Of a DNA stretch of 64,000 nt, positions 15,924-29,503 are shown piece after piece. The stretch's first letter is position 1. Each line of letters opens with the position of its first letter. The position numbers were made by a program, and so were the translations under genes. The stretch comes from Oikopleura dioica (Eukaryota > Animalia > Chordata): assembly GCA_907165135.1 (NCBI GenBank), contig OU015567.1:12710001-12774000 (forward strand), written 5' to 3'. Below the pieces are notes generated by a model. That model was not told the DNA's origin and made no database searches. It was given only the letters and a program-made list of their open reading frames with translations.

Positions 15924-18900
15924 ATGGTAGAGAATCAAATTTTAAACGGTGGAAATTTTAAAGTTGCGTATCCAGAGCTTATTCAAAGACATGTTCTGGA
16001 AAATGCATCTTCCGGCGAAATTTTATCCCATGCGAGTGTTGATGAACCCTATCCTGAAATAACTGCTACTCTAGGTAAGGCCTCAGCCCTCTGATAAAGA
16101 TATAAAAGCCAAAGTAGAAGTTGATTTTTCTGGTTAAATTCTGATTTAGGATGCAAATTGAGGTCTATAGCTCCACTGCCGAAATTAAAAGTCGAGAGGT
16201 CGCAACTTTTCCCAGTTACTCCCGTAATCAACATAGAAACAAAAGCAGAAGCTCTTTCCCAAAAGGTACGATTCTTATATTCTATAGAACTTTAAATAAC
16301 CAAGCAATTTACTTTTACGTGCTTTAATTGTTCTCATTTCAGTTGTACGATTTCTGCCTGAGTAAGCAGAATCCAGTGACGATTCTGAGGGGATTGTCCC
16401 AAGCGCTTGATATAAACCTGTCTTTGTTTACAACGAAATGGCTTGTTGACAAAGTTCCGAAACACCCCTGTGAAGTGCGTAAGCAATTTGCCCAAGGTAT
16501 ATAAATAACCGTGTGTACAACACAAAGTATCAAAACGTCCATTCTTTTTTGCTTAGATAAAGTTTAAATATTGAAATTCAAGTCGCTTTCCCGTGAAATT
16601 GGCTGTTTTATTGAATTGAGGAAAGCGAGCAAGGTTAAGGAAAAGGAGAATAACTATTCATCGTCCGAAGAAAAGCCGAGGATTTCTATTTCAGCTGCGG
16701 CAGCGTGTAGTTCAGTCAGTCCTGTTAAGTCCTCGAGAAATCCTAAAGATGATATTTTAATGAAAACCGAGCGATATGATTGATTTTTTGAGCTTACCAG
16801 CGGAAGAGTTGAAAACATTCATCAAAAAGTCGATCCCTCCCTCTTGGTAATGCTTGATAATCCTGCTCGAGCATGCTGTGCACTGTTCGAATGCCTCCGT
16901 CGTCGGCAAAATTGTATGCATTTGGCCGAGGAAGCCGCGAATCTGATGGGGCACTAGGCCGAGGCAAGATTCTTCGTGATCATTTGGTCGTACTCCAGCT
17001 TTTGCTCTTATTCCGTCGCGGTGCTGAAGAACAGAAACCATCAATTCGGCGGCATAGGCGGCTGCGATCATTGACAAACCGGGGCGGGAAACGGTACATT
17101 GCTGGTCAAGCGTTCGATCTGCCGTTGAATTGGCAGGAGCAACGACATCATTGCAAAAATAACATCCGAGATGGCAAATGCGCGCTCCGGTTTTACTCTC
17201 TTCCGCAGCCGAAAGCTGTAAATCGCCCGTATCTCGTTCAGGGGAGACGCCATGCCGCATGACCATAAATGTGTCGAAGCCAAGCGCTGCGTTGATTACC
17301 AACTTGTCCATTGATTTCCCGATCACTGTTGGAAGCCACCTCGACTCTCTCGTATCCATCAGCAAATAAACAACGTCATGTTCCGAGATCAAGCTCTCCA
17401 GTTCCTTCACGCTACTTGATGTAGTCTCCAAGTCAATATGATGGCCGGGCATGGGGATGGAAAGCTTCACTCCGCGGGTAGTAACATTTGGAGAAATGAG
17501 CGCTAAAGAGGCAGCAGCTGCCTCAACTTTGGCCGCCTTTTTCTCGCTATCGGCAAAGTTGAACAGCGACTGGCGAACCGGGTTGGAGTAGCTGACCTTT
17601 CCATTGTCAACGAATGTGATGTGCCTGAAACGGAATTTATATACAGTTGGGAACAGCACTTTTACCGTACGCCCCATCCGATAAGCGCTCTCGCAACGTT
17701 ACAACCAAGTGTGCCCGAGCCAAGCAAAAGAATCCTCTTCTCCTTGATAATCTCGAGATCGATGCTTGGCTGCAATCGCCACTTCATGAGTTTGAGATTG
17801 AGATCAACTGCATTCGCGGCGAGCTGGCGGGAGTCCATTGACGCTGAAAGGTCGATTTTCTTTGGCGCTAATTTGTCCTTGAAGGGCTCCCATCCTGCGC
17901 CATTCGTTTCCTCCGTGTCGTTAGAAATGCACAGCTCGTAGAGTCGGCTGGAGGAAAAATCGCGCGAGAACGAGCCGTTTTCCTGCTTCAAAGTTGATCG
18001 CACGGAGCATATTTTGAATTGATTGAGCCCAAGTCTCGACCAAATGAAGAAAATTAAATTTCTTGCCATGATTCCAACTGCGTTTTCTGGCGTTTCATCT
18101 TGATTCACGTGATCCTCAAAGCAAAATACAACGTTTGCATCTTTTCCCTCTTCTTTGATGATCTTTGTCGCTTGCTGAAAGGGTCGACGATGATTTTTGA
18201 CTAGAAGAAAGAAATTTTCTTTGTGCTGTTCGCTGTGTTCTAGTTGCTGCAATTCGGTGGCATTGAGAGATCGAGAGGACTTGATACTGATCGGTTTGGA
18301 AAGCTTCATGGTTGGAAAGCAGACCCAAAACGTGTAGTGATATTTTTTCAGGTCGGAAAAGGTGATGATCTTCGGAAGAAAGAGCCTTTGCCACTCGATA
18401 GAATCCGAATTTTGAATGTTATTTCTGATCTCTCCAAGAGCTTCTTTTAGATATTCTTTTTTGTCGAGCTTTTTAAAGTCCTCAATCGTGTTAAAATTGC
18501 GAAGTGTTCCACAAGACACCGACGATGGCTTTTCGAGTGCATCGTAGTCGAAACGAATGAAACTTTTTCCGGGAGAATACGACCATTCTAGCGGCTTTTC
18601 TGAATCGTCCAGTTTCCATTCGTCAAGCTTTTTCTTCGTAAGCGATTCCCAAAAACCAGGATCGATTACCGACTTCACTGGAATGAATTTTAGCACTTGT
18701 TCGGACATCGACTTTTTTTCTCTTTCAAAGAATACGGTTTAAAATCCGCGGAAAGAGAAGAAAAACTCACGGGATTAAAAAATAGTCTGTCCGAGACACG
18801 AGCAAAACTGAGTCACTAAATAACGTAGGCGTTTTAAAGCGGAGAGCGAAATTTTTCGCTTCGCTTTCGGTTTCGAGGCATATTTTCAAAGCGAATTTAT

Positions 18901-21387
18901 GTTTTATCGCTTCCAGTTGAATTTCATAAATGTTTCTTAATGTTAAAAAATCTAAAAATTATTATATCCTTTCGTAATTAATTAAATATGTGTAGAAAGC
19001 CCTAAGATTCACTTGAGCTTTGGTATTAAAAATTCAATCGGGGTCCCTTTCATTTGAACATTATCTGTACGCGATCAAAATATCTGACATAGACATACAA
19101 AAATAGAATAGAATCTATGTTTCTATTTTAATTTGCTTTCGAAGATGTATTTTCGTATATTTTAATCGCTCATATGATAGTTGAGAAGATTGGCCAATTA
19201 TTGATATTTATGCATTTCGTATCCTACCGCAAAATACTTATGTTCTTATCCTAGCTCCTGAATTTAATCTCGATGAGTGGGGCCGTAATCAGTGGGAAAC
19301 ACACTCGACTAAGCAGCGATCTACTGTTCAAACTTATGCGAAGTACCAAGTAAAGTCTTTTGTCGAAACTCGTGGTAAGTGAACTTTTCTTCCAGGTGAA
19401 CTTTTTTTATCAAATCTTTGTAGATTTTAAATGCCGCAAAAGAAAGCTCTCAGACGCTGGCTTAGAGGGAGAATTCGTCATTCGAATGAACAAGCAAATC
19501 AAATTTGGAACCAATGTGGATCTCAGCGAGCCGAAATTATTCGGCGAACACCTTGACGAAATCAATAAACTGCCCTGGTGGCTGCGGCTCGACGACAGAA
19601 GCAATCCATTGAGCCAAGTTGGCTACCCAATTTTAGGAATGAACACGCTTCAGTTGTATATGAAGGTGTTGGGCTCGCGCACACCTGGACATCAAGAAAA
19701 TTTAAACATGCCCGCAGTCAATATTAATATTGGACCAGGAGACACGGAGTGGTTCTGTACGCCTCCAGAATACTGGGGAGCGATCAAAAAGGTACTTTTT
19801 TATCAGCAGGGTTCTTAAGACTTTATTGAGGATTTGGGCCTCATGAAAGCTTTCACTGAAAGTTTCAGTTTATGTTTTACAATAGCCAAAAAGTCTTTAG
19901 TCTTTATGGCTCTATTTTGAGTATTCAACTAGTCATAAAATGCTAGATTCAACTAGAAAAAGCATGTTCTATCCGATATATTATCAAGAGAATCTTCAAA
20001 ACACGATGAATACATCTTAGTCACACTTAAGTGTTTGATAGTTTTGCATCGATAAATAAAAGCGTTCATCCGTTCACTTGATAGCTCTTTTCATAACCAT
20101 AATTCTCAATAATAATGCTCTGATAGAACCTTTGATGTTGAACTCAAGCCTCAGTACCTTATCAAAGACGTAAGGAGCATTAATTTTGTACTGACGCTCC
20201 GACGGTATTTCTATAGATATCCATCCTTATCCTGATTAAAGCGTCCTGAAAGTAGATTTAATTGAGTAATTGGGTGTATCCACGCGGAAATGCTTACGAA
20301 TTATTTTTCAGATGTGCCAGGAGAATAAGGTCAATTATCTCTCTGGTTCCTGGTGGCCAAATCTTAAAGAACTTGAGGATGCCGGTATTCCAGTCCTTAG
20401 ATGTACGCAAAAGCCTGGTGATCTCATTTTCCTCAATGCTGGCACAGTTCATTGGGTTCAGAGCACGGGATGGTGCAACAACGTAGCGTGGAACGTAGGG
20501 CCCTTTAATGCCGATCACTTCAAACAAGCAATAGAACGGTATCAATTCAACGTCGGAGAAGGCTACCAAAGCTTGGTAAGTTCCTCGGCGCCCTTTTACT
20601 GAATCGATACCGATTATGGGTATTGCGTGAGCACTCGTAAATTCTCGCCGGAAGCAAAAATGAATCGTTCTGAATGATAGCAAGGAAGAGTCACAGATGC
20701 GTCTGGTTCATCAGAATTTTCCACTAGTTACTATGATTATTTATAAAGCCGAAGAGCTTCTTCCTAGACAATGTCTCAAATCTGCATCGCTTTATTTAGA
20801 TCCCCATGGCGCAGCTTACCTGGCTGATGGCCCGGGAACGGCGTGAATTTTCCGCGATTCTGAGTCCCGAATTCAAGACCCTTCTCAAACTATGCATGCA
20901 ACGGATTTTGTGGAACTTGCAACGCCAGCTGTACAAGTTCAAAAAGGCTGAATATCGAATAGTCTATCAACCGGAATTTGGCAAATCACCGCCTAATTAT
21001 TGTGAAAAATGCGATGTCGAGCTATTTTGCATATTGTTCGTCAAAGCTGTGCCTGATTATGATGAAAATGGAAAACCACTGCCCCTCGAGACATATTGGT
21101 GAGCTTCATTTAAAATTTAAATTTTTGATGGGTGCTTTGATTTCAACACAATCCTAGGCGGGCAAATTTGCTCAGGGATTCTAGGACAGAAAATCATCAT
21201 CAAAAAATCGAACTCAAATTTCGTATTTAGTGAAAAATGTGCTCACCAAATCTGTCCCCTTCGACAAACATGGATCGTCCTTCAGCAGCATGCTCTAGAA
21301 GACTTGGGCCAAGTCATAGATGATCTCGCTGCTGACTGCTATTCAAATCCACCTGTAACAGTTAAAAAAGAAAACTCAGATATTTAG
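15924..21387 (+). CDS. KDM6: H3K27 demethylase, KDM6 (UTX/JMJD3) family, JmjC + Zn-binding domain
   Basis: [73 protein letters not shown] (HxE), [38 protein letters not shown]. The start ATG is tentative. Confidence 0.92.
16654..18708 (-). CDS. ATG7: Ubiquitin-like E1 enzyme ATG7 (3 exons), inside KDM6 intron 16497-19254
   Basis: [66 protein letters not shown]|[34 protein letters not shown] (catalytic Cys), FLEDLTGL; GT-AG introns. Confidence 0.97.
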
Positions 21388-21782
21388 CTTTCTATTCTGT
21401 ACAAACTTGTAAATAAGGAAAATCTCAAATAAGCCTCAATAATTTCATCTAGAATTCTTCACTTTCACCAAAGCCTGTACTAAAACCTGTCACACTCTTT
21501 CTTTTATTCTCTTTGTATGTTGTCTTATTCTTATGTTTTACTTGACGATTCAGTGTTTTAAAGAAAGTCGGTGCTAATACTTTCTTTTGTTTTTTTTTCG
21601 ATTTTATAAAATTCTAGCACTCAAAACTTTAAAAAGCAAAATCACACCCAAAGAACCTCTGTCTGCCAACTTATCTTTTTGTTTTAACAGCTTCATGCTT
21701 TATCCTTTCAAAAAATCAAAAAAGTCACTCATGGTTGAATCTACCTCGCAAAAAAATAAGCTTGATTATTGTTCCTTTTCAG

Positions 21783-24308
21783 ATGCTGCATAATTTCTTT
21801 ATCATCCACCCTCCTTTGTGCAAACGCGAAGGTTCGGCTTACTCAATTCATATTGAAATCAAGAAAGAATATTTTACGGAAGTTAATTTCCCAAACGTTC
21901 GAGTAGTCTGCAGCTTGGCTCTCATCGTGAACCATGAATGTGATTTTCCATCATTCAAGCTGTGCATTGAGTAAGCCTGAAAACCGGTGAGGAAGAAAAG
22001 AAAATCCTGTACTTCCACCCGGATCTAGCCGAAGCTCAGCGGTTAAAGCAAGTTGGCCTGGCAGAAGCTCTTAATGCTGTTTCCAAAAGTTTCTCTGGAA
22101 ACTGCGAGGCACTTAGGACGAAAAAGCTAACTCACTCGTTCCTCGAGCCCGAGGAGGATTTTCTGATTTCGCTATCCATTAAAAACGGCGACACGCAATA
22201 CTCGCATGCTCTTCTTTTGTCCGTCCTGACCGACTGGTACGATTTATTCATGCGTATTCACGGGCAGGTTTTGAACGCAGATAAGGTCTATTTTTATCAA
22301 GTTAATTGTTTTGTTGTTATAAATATAGTTGCTTACGTGGCGCAATTTATATTGACAATTTGCTAGAGTAACTTGGCGATAAGTAATTACTCAAAGTATC
22401 GTTCCGTAAAATCAATAATAAGTATTCTATCTAAATTTCTAAGATCAAACACCTTATCAATGTAGTAATTCTCAAACCTGAACAAGAACTTTGAGTGATC
22501 TACTCGAAAAAATTGGTGTGAGTGGTTTAACTGAGTTACTCTCGTCCTTTTTCAGCTCGTTTCTTGAGGATCGGTGCTTCTTATTAAATGTCGTAAAGAT
22601 ATAAACACTTGTGTTGGTGCAAATAGAAAAATAATATGTCAAGATAATATTCTAAGCCCTAAAACAGAAAATGAAGATTCACAGCTACAGCCTGCCGGAA
22701 CTATTTTGCTCATATGAGTTAGATGCTTCGAGAGAATCTGTAAGTACATCTGCTGCTATATTGAATTATATACATTCCTTAACCTTGCCTACATTTCCAG
22801 ATAATTCCTAGCTACTCCTCGTATTTATAAGCAAAGAGGCTAGTTCCTATCAATTTTTTACGCTCATTGCACGTAGATATTGGAGATTTTCCATTACCCG
22901 CATGGGACGAATCGGGGGATAGAGGCGCTCGGACAGAAGGTGTATTCCACTGCACTTAAGAAAACTACTGGTCGGATAAACTTGAAATTTATTCCCAATA
23001 CTAATTTTGGGGTGTAGATTTCAAATCCGCTATCGAAATTTGCATGGCGCTTTTCCTTATTGCAGAAAAAATGCCATTTATCTCAGGGGGGTTTCAAAAA
23101 TTATCTCTTATTTAGATTTCTCGAAAAAGTAAATTCAATATTTGAAATCAGAGATAGCGAAAACATATAAAACCCCTTTTAGTAGACAAAATTCTTGATA
23201 TTGGTTCGGTTTCAATGTGCAAACACTCACCGGGAGGGCAATTAGGCCGCATATAATAAGCGAAAAACTTAACATGTATGTTTAGCAATTCGACCTGATC
23301 TACATGGTCAATCGCGTTCGCAGTCGATTTTCACCAATTGATGGCTACCTCATATTCTCCCAAAATACAGTCTACTCTACGAACATCGACAGGCAGAGTG
23401 TGTACATTCTGATGATTTATCTGACGAGCATGTTTTCTGACGCTGAAAACGGTTTCATCGATCTTGGATTTGATACTTTCTTCCTTCCAACAAAAAATTC
23501 AAGGCAAGAGATATTCGTTTATCACAGGATGGTGTTTTTAAATTTAAATAAATCTGCATCTCAAGAAAGGGGGAATAATTTCGCGTGCTTCTGGCTCTTA
23601 CGCAACTTTTAAAATCACCTTTGAAGACAAGCCCATTTTTGTGTCTTTCTGATGGGTAATTCCGACCAGAGTTTCCCTTTGAACGAGGTGAAAAGCTTTC
23701 TGGACAAAAATCTACCTTTGAAGAGGGAAGAACAGAATAAGCTCGAACACCAAAACGCAGCTTCTAAAGAAGCTTTTCACTACTATATTTGCGACGAGCA
23801 AAATGGAAATTCCAAAGATACTTTTTACTCTTTCAGGTTGGTTTTATTGATTTATACCTTTCTGCTCTTATTCAAAAATATTTGATATCATATTTAGGAT
23901 TAGATTTAGTCAAATAGGATGAGATCAGGTTCAAACAAATTATATTTCAGTGGCAGTGAGCGACAATGTAGGATACACCCATCAGTGAGTTCTTTGATTG
24001 TCGCTTTTCAACAAATTTATCTGATGCCGAACGGTGGAGAAGTATCTGCAGAAACATCTGATAATACATGGATACTCACCAAGTCAGACAACAAAAAGTA
24101 AGTTTCTTTCGAACATGCGACAAATACCAAAAAGACAAGTTTCTATTTTATGTTCAATTTTTAATTTATCAAATTAAGAATGAGTGTATTTGTGGAGAAA
24201 AAGCCCTCGGAGAAGAATCTGTCTGATATAACTACCGATGTGGATAAGATCTTGGCGTCGGTGCAACCGGGAATCTCATTTGAAACTGAACTTTTGAGAA
24301 AAAAATGA
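21783..24308 (+). CDS. CCZ1: Vacuolar fusion protein CCZ1 (Mon1-Ccz1 Rab7 GEF subunit), multi-exon
   Basis: LHNFFIIHP..REGEEEKKILYFHP..KQVGLAEAL..SF..LRTKK..FLEPEEDF matches the CCZ1 longin N-terminus; middle VNRV..IFSQNTVYSTNIDRQSVYILMIYLTSMF; C-terminal WILTKSDN. Middle exons uncertain. Confidence 0.82.
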
Positions 24309-25183
24309 ACGAACAAACCAATCTCTCTTTCATTCTGCTGAAATTTCTTCATCGATTCTATCTTTCTGTACCTAATTCTACCTACTGTATTGCTCGAAAT
24401 AAATCATGCTCGATTCTTCATTTTTAACGTTTTACGACAAGTTTTCTATCGAAAGTTTTGGCGGATTTGAATGAATAGAATTTTCAGAAGCGATGTTTCG
24501 CAAAAAGGGAGCTGGGGATTGGAAGCTCTCCGTGGAGCACGCGGAAAAAGTACCCTCTTTGCCTATAATTGGCCATGCCTTGCGAAATGATTTACAAACA
24601 GGGCCAAGGAAGGGAGTAATTATCAAGAACAACACTTGCGCACAATCAAAGCGTTTATTTTATGAATATATGCCCGCAAGATTAGCTCTTTCCTTCTTAT
24701 TCAGCATCTGCGTATTGAATTTGATATATTCTTTTTCGTAATTATTTTGAGTATATTACAGGTCCTTCTGTTAATTAGACATGTTTCTATCGACAATTGC
24801 CGTATAAAATACGGGGGTTTGAAAGTTCCTTTTTTATTGTTGCGGTTGGTAAATCATCGATCAATATCGCCTCGATTTTCCACCGCAACGGAAAAATGCG
24901 ATTTGCCCCGCGCTAAGGTTACAAAAAAGAGTATTGATAAAAAAAACGCAGATTTGAATCTCGGCTAGTTCTGGCGCCAAAAAAAGGAACAGCGGCCCCT
25001 CCAATTATAGAAAGTTGGCAACGGGACAGACGATATTTTGACACGTTAGAAACGTTTTGCGTTTTATTCTTGCAAATAGCGCGACCTTGGGCTTGACCCT
25101 TGGCAGGATGGCTTCTATAATTATCCCGACTGAAGTAATCGACCGAGTATTTTTGCACAGGAGCAAGCTGTCGAGAGCAGAGA

Positions 25184-27075
25184 ATGGGATTCCAAACAGA
25201 GAAGGTACATATTAAAATTCAACTGATTGATCGAGAATATATTTTGAAAATGACGCAAATATATTTACATTATCAACACTTGTGTAAGCATCTACGTATT
25301 GATATTCAATCTTTCCCCTCATATAATTAGATCTTGGTTAAGCCTATTATTTATACCAATACGTACCAATATTTAATATCGCCAGCTGCATTACCTGATA
25401 ATGAAGATATCTCGCCTTCTCAGGTGGAAAATATCGAAATTGAAATTTCATTTTCAGCGTGCTGGCAGTCCGTTGGAACGCCGATGGCAACTACTGTTTA
25501 TCGTGCGGCAAAGATAGCACGATCAAGCTATGGAATCCTTTCAAGTCCATGTGTGTTGCGCTTTTTTCGGGACACGGGCGAGACGTTACTGATGTAGATT
25601 GTGCTGGCGACTCGGAGCACTTCGTATCAAGGTAATATTGGCTGAAAGAATCGTTTTACTGCTCAATTATTACAATTGACTCTGGTGTTTTATTGCCTGA
25701 AACTATTTTTTCTTTGTTATCTTCCTTGATATCAAAGGATAATAGAGATTTTATGACACGATTTGATGAATATTTCTGAACCCATTTGAATTTTTTTTTG
25801 TATCGTTTTCGATAAGTTTATGTAAAAATGTGTGAAGGCTAAATTCTGGAATAAAAACTTATGTTTTTCTTTGTAATTTTTGATGATGAAATTATTGCGT
25901 GATCATTCGATTTTTTCAAAGATGTCAGATTCTAATAACAGTTCTTTTGACAAGCAGGTTCTTCTCTGGGATGTGCCGAATACGGCGATCGTGCGACGCT
26001 TTCGCGGCCATGCTGGTCGCGTTAACTGCGTGAAACTCAACGAGGAAGGCACTGTAGCTGTCTCTGGCTCCGTCGATGGGACAGCGAGAATCTGGGACCT
26101 GCGCAGTCGATCCTATGAACCTATACAAGGTGAGCATAACCAAGCAAGACTGAGCGATTAAATTAGTACCAAATCTTAATTGCCAATATTTTTTCCCGTC
26201 TGGGGTGTAGTAACAACTAAATAATATCTAAATCTTCCTAATTATCTTACTCAACTCATTCAGTTTTGGCAGAACCGAGCGATACAATCACGAGCGTCCA
26301 GATTAGCAAAACCGAGATCGCCGTTGGCTCCGCTGATGGATTCGTTTATCGATACGACATTGTTGCGGGAAAATTACGAAGAGACTATGTCGCGAGCGAA
26401 GTCTGCTCCTTCATGCTTGCTGATGGATGTCTCTTGGTTCAGTCGCAGGATGGCAATTTGAGGCTGCTTGATGCTAACGGAGGTAGAGTACTTTTATATT
26501 GAAAATGGCAGTAAGACGAGGGAGAAAATGAATCATTTTCACATGATGTCTTGATCGAGAGACAAGTGTAAGTTAGACTGTAACTGTAGTATGGTCTACC
26601 AGACTGACGTACAGTAGTAAACCGGAAGTACGAACCATCCCCAGTGATCGTTTGTTATGTCAAGTCCTTGCTGGAGGAAAGATATTCCATTTCTCAGGCT
26701 GTGCGCATCTGACAATAATTTCATTTAGCTGATACAAGCATTTTCTTATGACTCCTCATCCGATCGATTTATCCTCTTTCTAGGATCCCTCCTTGGCACA
26801 TTCGCTGGGCATACCGTAACGGAATATAGAGCTGACTGTCAAATGACGCTGAGCAAAGTGTACGCGACTTGCGAGTCTGGGAATGTGATTTGCTGGGATC
26901 TGGTTTCGCAGAAAACTGTCGGCCGAATTCCAGTCAGGTATACGAACTCAAATTGGCGCAGCTTTCAAGAAATATTTTTAGAGAGGGGATGCCCTTGAGT
27001 GGCTTCGATATCTACAAAAACGGTCTCGTCGCTGCCGCGGGACAGAAGATATTTTTGCGCCCAATTCTAGCTTGA
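25184..27075 (+). CDS. WDR83: WD repeat protein 83 (MORG1)
   Basis: VLAVRWNADGNYCLSCGKDSTIKLWNP, SGHGRDV, DKQVLLWDV..IVRRFRGHAGRVNCVKLNEEGTVAVSGSVDGTARIWDLRSR, GSADGFVYRYDI. Confidence 0.92.
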
Positions 27076-27223
27076 ATTAAATCTATATTTTACTTTCCAT
27101 TGCCATCTTGATGAATTTAAACAAAGGATACGTTTATGTACAAAGACCTTAAAATAACATCGTGATAAGGCTAACAAAAAAATTAAAACCCGCCGAATTC
27201 AGAAAGCAATAAGCGTAGTGACT

Positions 27224-28152
27224 ATGGCGAGTACCGATGTTGCCGATCTTCTCTTTCGCTTCCAGCAGATACAAGCGGATGATCATGATATTTTGATCAA
27301 CAGATTTTGCGAGCTTATACAGGAAAGGGTTTCATGAGAATTAATAAGTAAATTGTTCATTTCAACATTCTAAAGTCAAATTTCGTAGATAAACTCTCGA
27401 AATCATTCAAAAGGGTGCTAATCAGGACAGCGCAGCGTTCTACCTCGAGTCCTTCAACTGGAATCTTCAAGCCGCGCTCAACGCTTGGTTCGAATATGGC
27501 GGTGCCGTTTCCCTTCCTAACGCGAAATTCATCGATGATGTCACAATCGGCGAGGGGCAGTCTGTACCTCCATCTACAGAATTCACAAAGACCTGGACGA
27601 TCCGTAATTTATTCTATATACTGTATATATAATATACATTTCATATTTTAATTATTATATATTCTACCGCCGATTGATTTATATCGTCTCTCTTTTCATT
27701 TTTCGATGAATAATTTTTGTTTAAGAAAACTGCGGACTTTCCCCATGGCCAGCAGGATGTCGCCTCGAATACATTACCGGACACAAGCTAGCTGGCCCTA
27801 ACTCAGTCGAAGTTCCGCAACTTCAAGCTGGCGAGACAACTCAAGGTGTGTACCAGTGCTTTTCAATAGCAGTCTATCATACATTGCAAACAATCTTGTG
27901 TAGTTTCCGTCAATATGATGTCTCCAGAAGAGTCCGGACTCTACGAATCGCGATGGAGTCTTGTAACAGAGCGAGGTGCTCACTTCGGCGACACCATTTG
28001 GTGCATCATTCCAGTCGAAGAAGGAGGAACTTTAGGAAGGGATGAAGAAGTATATTTGTGAACCTCAGTTAGATACGTCTGTTTTCGGCGTTACCCTCGG
28101 TACTTTCTTCAACCCAAAAAAAGCCGTGACACAAATGATAGATCGCCTCTAA
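27224..28152 (+). CDS. ILRUN: ILRUN / C6orf106 (UBA-like + NBR1-like FW domain)
   Basis: AAFYLESFNWNLQAALNAWF, FIDDVTIGEGQSVPPSTEFTKTWTIQN, WPAGCRLEYITG, SP..SGLYESRW, FGDTIWCII.VEEGG; the last exon needs a GA-AG intron at 28036-28123. Confidence 0.9.
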
Positions 28153-29503
28153 TAAACAACATTTTTTCGACTCCCCTCTTCCCCAGAAAATCCCTCTGTG
28201 AAAAGAAACTCTTCCCCTCTGCCATTTGCATTTTTTGAGTCGAGAAAATGACCATCTTGAACGTGCTGTACATATGCGACTGCTTTACTTTCTTGTTCAT
28301 AATATATATTTATCTCGAGTTATAACTTTAAGACTCACCAGTATTTTAATCATGTTTTGGAATTCCATCGTTTTCAACCTAACCAGATTTTGTCAAGAAA
28401 ATGTCTTTGCTAAAACAACAAAAATAACTATGCATTCCCACTTTCGCATTAGCTTGCTTCCATAGCATGCGCGTATTTTTCATTTTCAACAAAAAAAATA
28501 TATTTTCGGGACATCTCGAGCAAAAAAATGAACGATTATTTTTTTTCAAGCCTGTTTAATCTTTTTACTTGGCATTTTCTCCAATTATAATCTGTAGACC
28601 AGATACCAATTCTCTTTTTTTAATAAAGCCACTTTGATTAAGTCCATCAAGTCTTGCGGGTTTACGTAAAATTGAATAATTTCATGTAAGCCAAGTATTG
28701 TTAAGTAAGTTCTTATCGCAACGCAGGGCATGTTATTCCATAATTATCAGCAAAGAAGACTATTCAGGTAATTATTTGAGATGTTCCAAATGTAACCCCG
28801 CAGATGTTCTTCAGATCAAGTAGATCAGTGATAGGTTTCTTTGATTGGCTTTGCTAGAGCCGCTCTTTAGCACAGATTGTCGTGATTATGATGGTTGTTC
28901 CAACTTGACTCTTCAACAAAAGTGAAGAAGTTTTTCTACGGAATTCGTAAATTGAAACTTCTCTTGATAATATAATATTATTTAAAATAGAAGAAATACC
29001 GAAAGCAGCGCAAATTGCCATTGAAATTATCTTCATATCAAAAATATTCGTACAACTTTGATCGAGGAAACGATCGCAGAAACATTTTGAGACCTGTTTT
29101 TGAAAAAAAATATTGCGAAAAGAAACTCAGACTGTCAATTTTATTTTATAGCGAAAATTTCAGAGAGACTGATTTCATTAAACCCAAATTTTAAGTGAAT
29201 ACTTTCCTTAAATCATATACAGTCCGTTTCTCAGAAAGAAGACAGTATGGAATCATTTTATACACTCACGATTCTCAGCATGAAATCGAGGGCCAACGCG
29301 TACAAATTAGCTACCCATCGTAGATTTCCTTCCGTGATCGCGTTTCCGATAAGAAAGTGAAACTTCCAGAGTATCACGCGTCGACACCTGTCAAGAGATC
29401 TGCTCCCTTCTTCGCCCTCTAGCGTCGCTTTTCTTGACAGCCGGATATAACCCCGATCTTTCAACTTCGAACTCAGAATTCAAATTATTACAAAACAAAA
29501 AGA

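Noticed and set aside
17600-17700. Overlapping ATG7 ORFs in different frames (programmed frameshift?)
   Set aside because: A short GT-AG intron joins GWGVR to HITF in frame; this is ordinary splicing.
23000-23180. Degenerate inverted repeat in a CCZ1 intron
   Set aside because: No definable TIR pair or TSD.
24432-24741. Short ORFs between CCZ1 and WDR83
   Set aside because: No recognisable motif and no consistent multi-exon model.
19790-26780. Possible box C/D snoRNAs in the longer KDM6 and WDR83 introns
   Set aside because: Only partial TGATGA/CTGA matches, without terminal stems or an identifiable guide; a covariance-model search would be needed.
28854-29036. Minus-strand ORF with signal-like start MKIISMAICAAF
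   Set aside because: Candidate splices lead to early stops or need an implausibly short intron.
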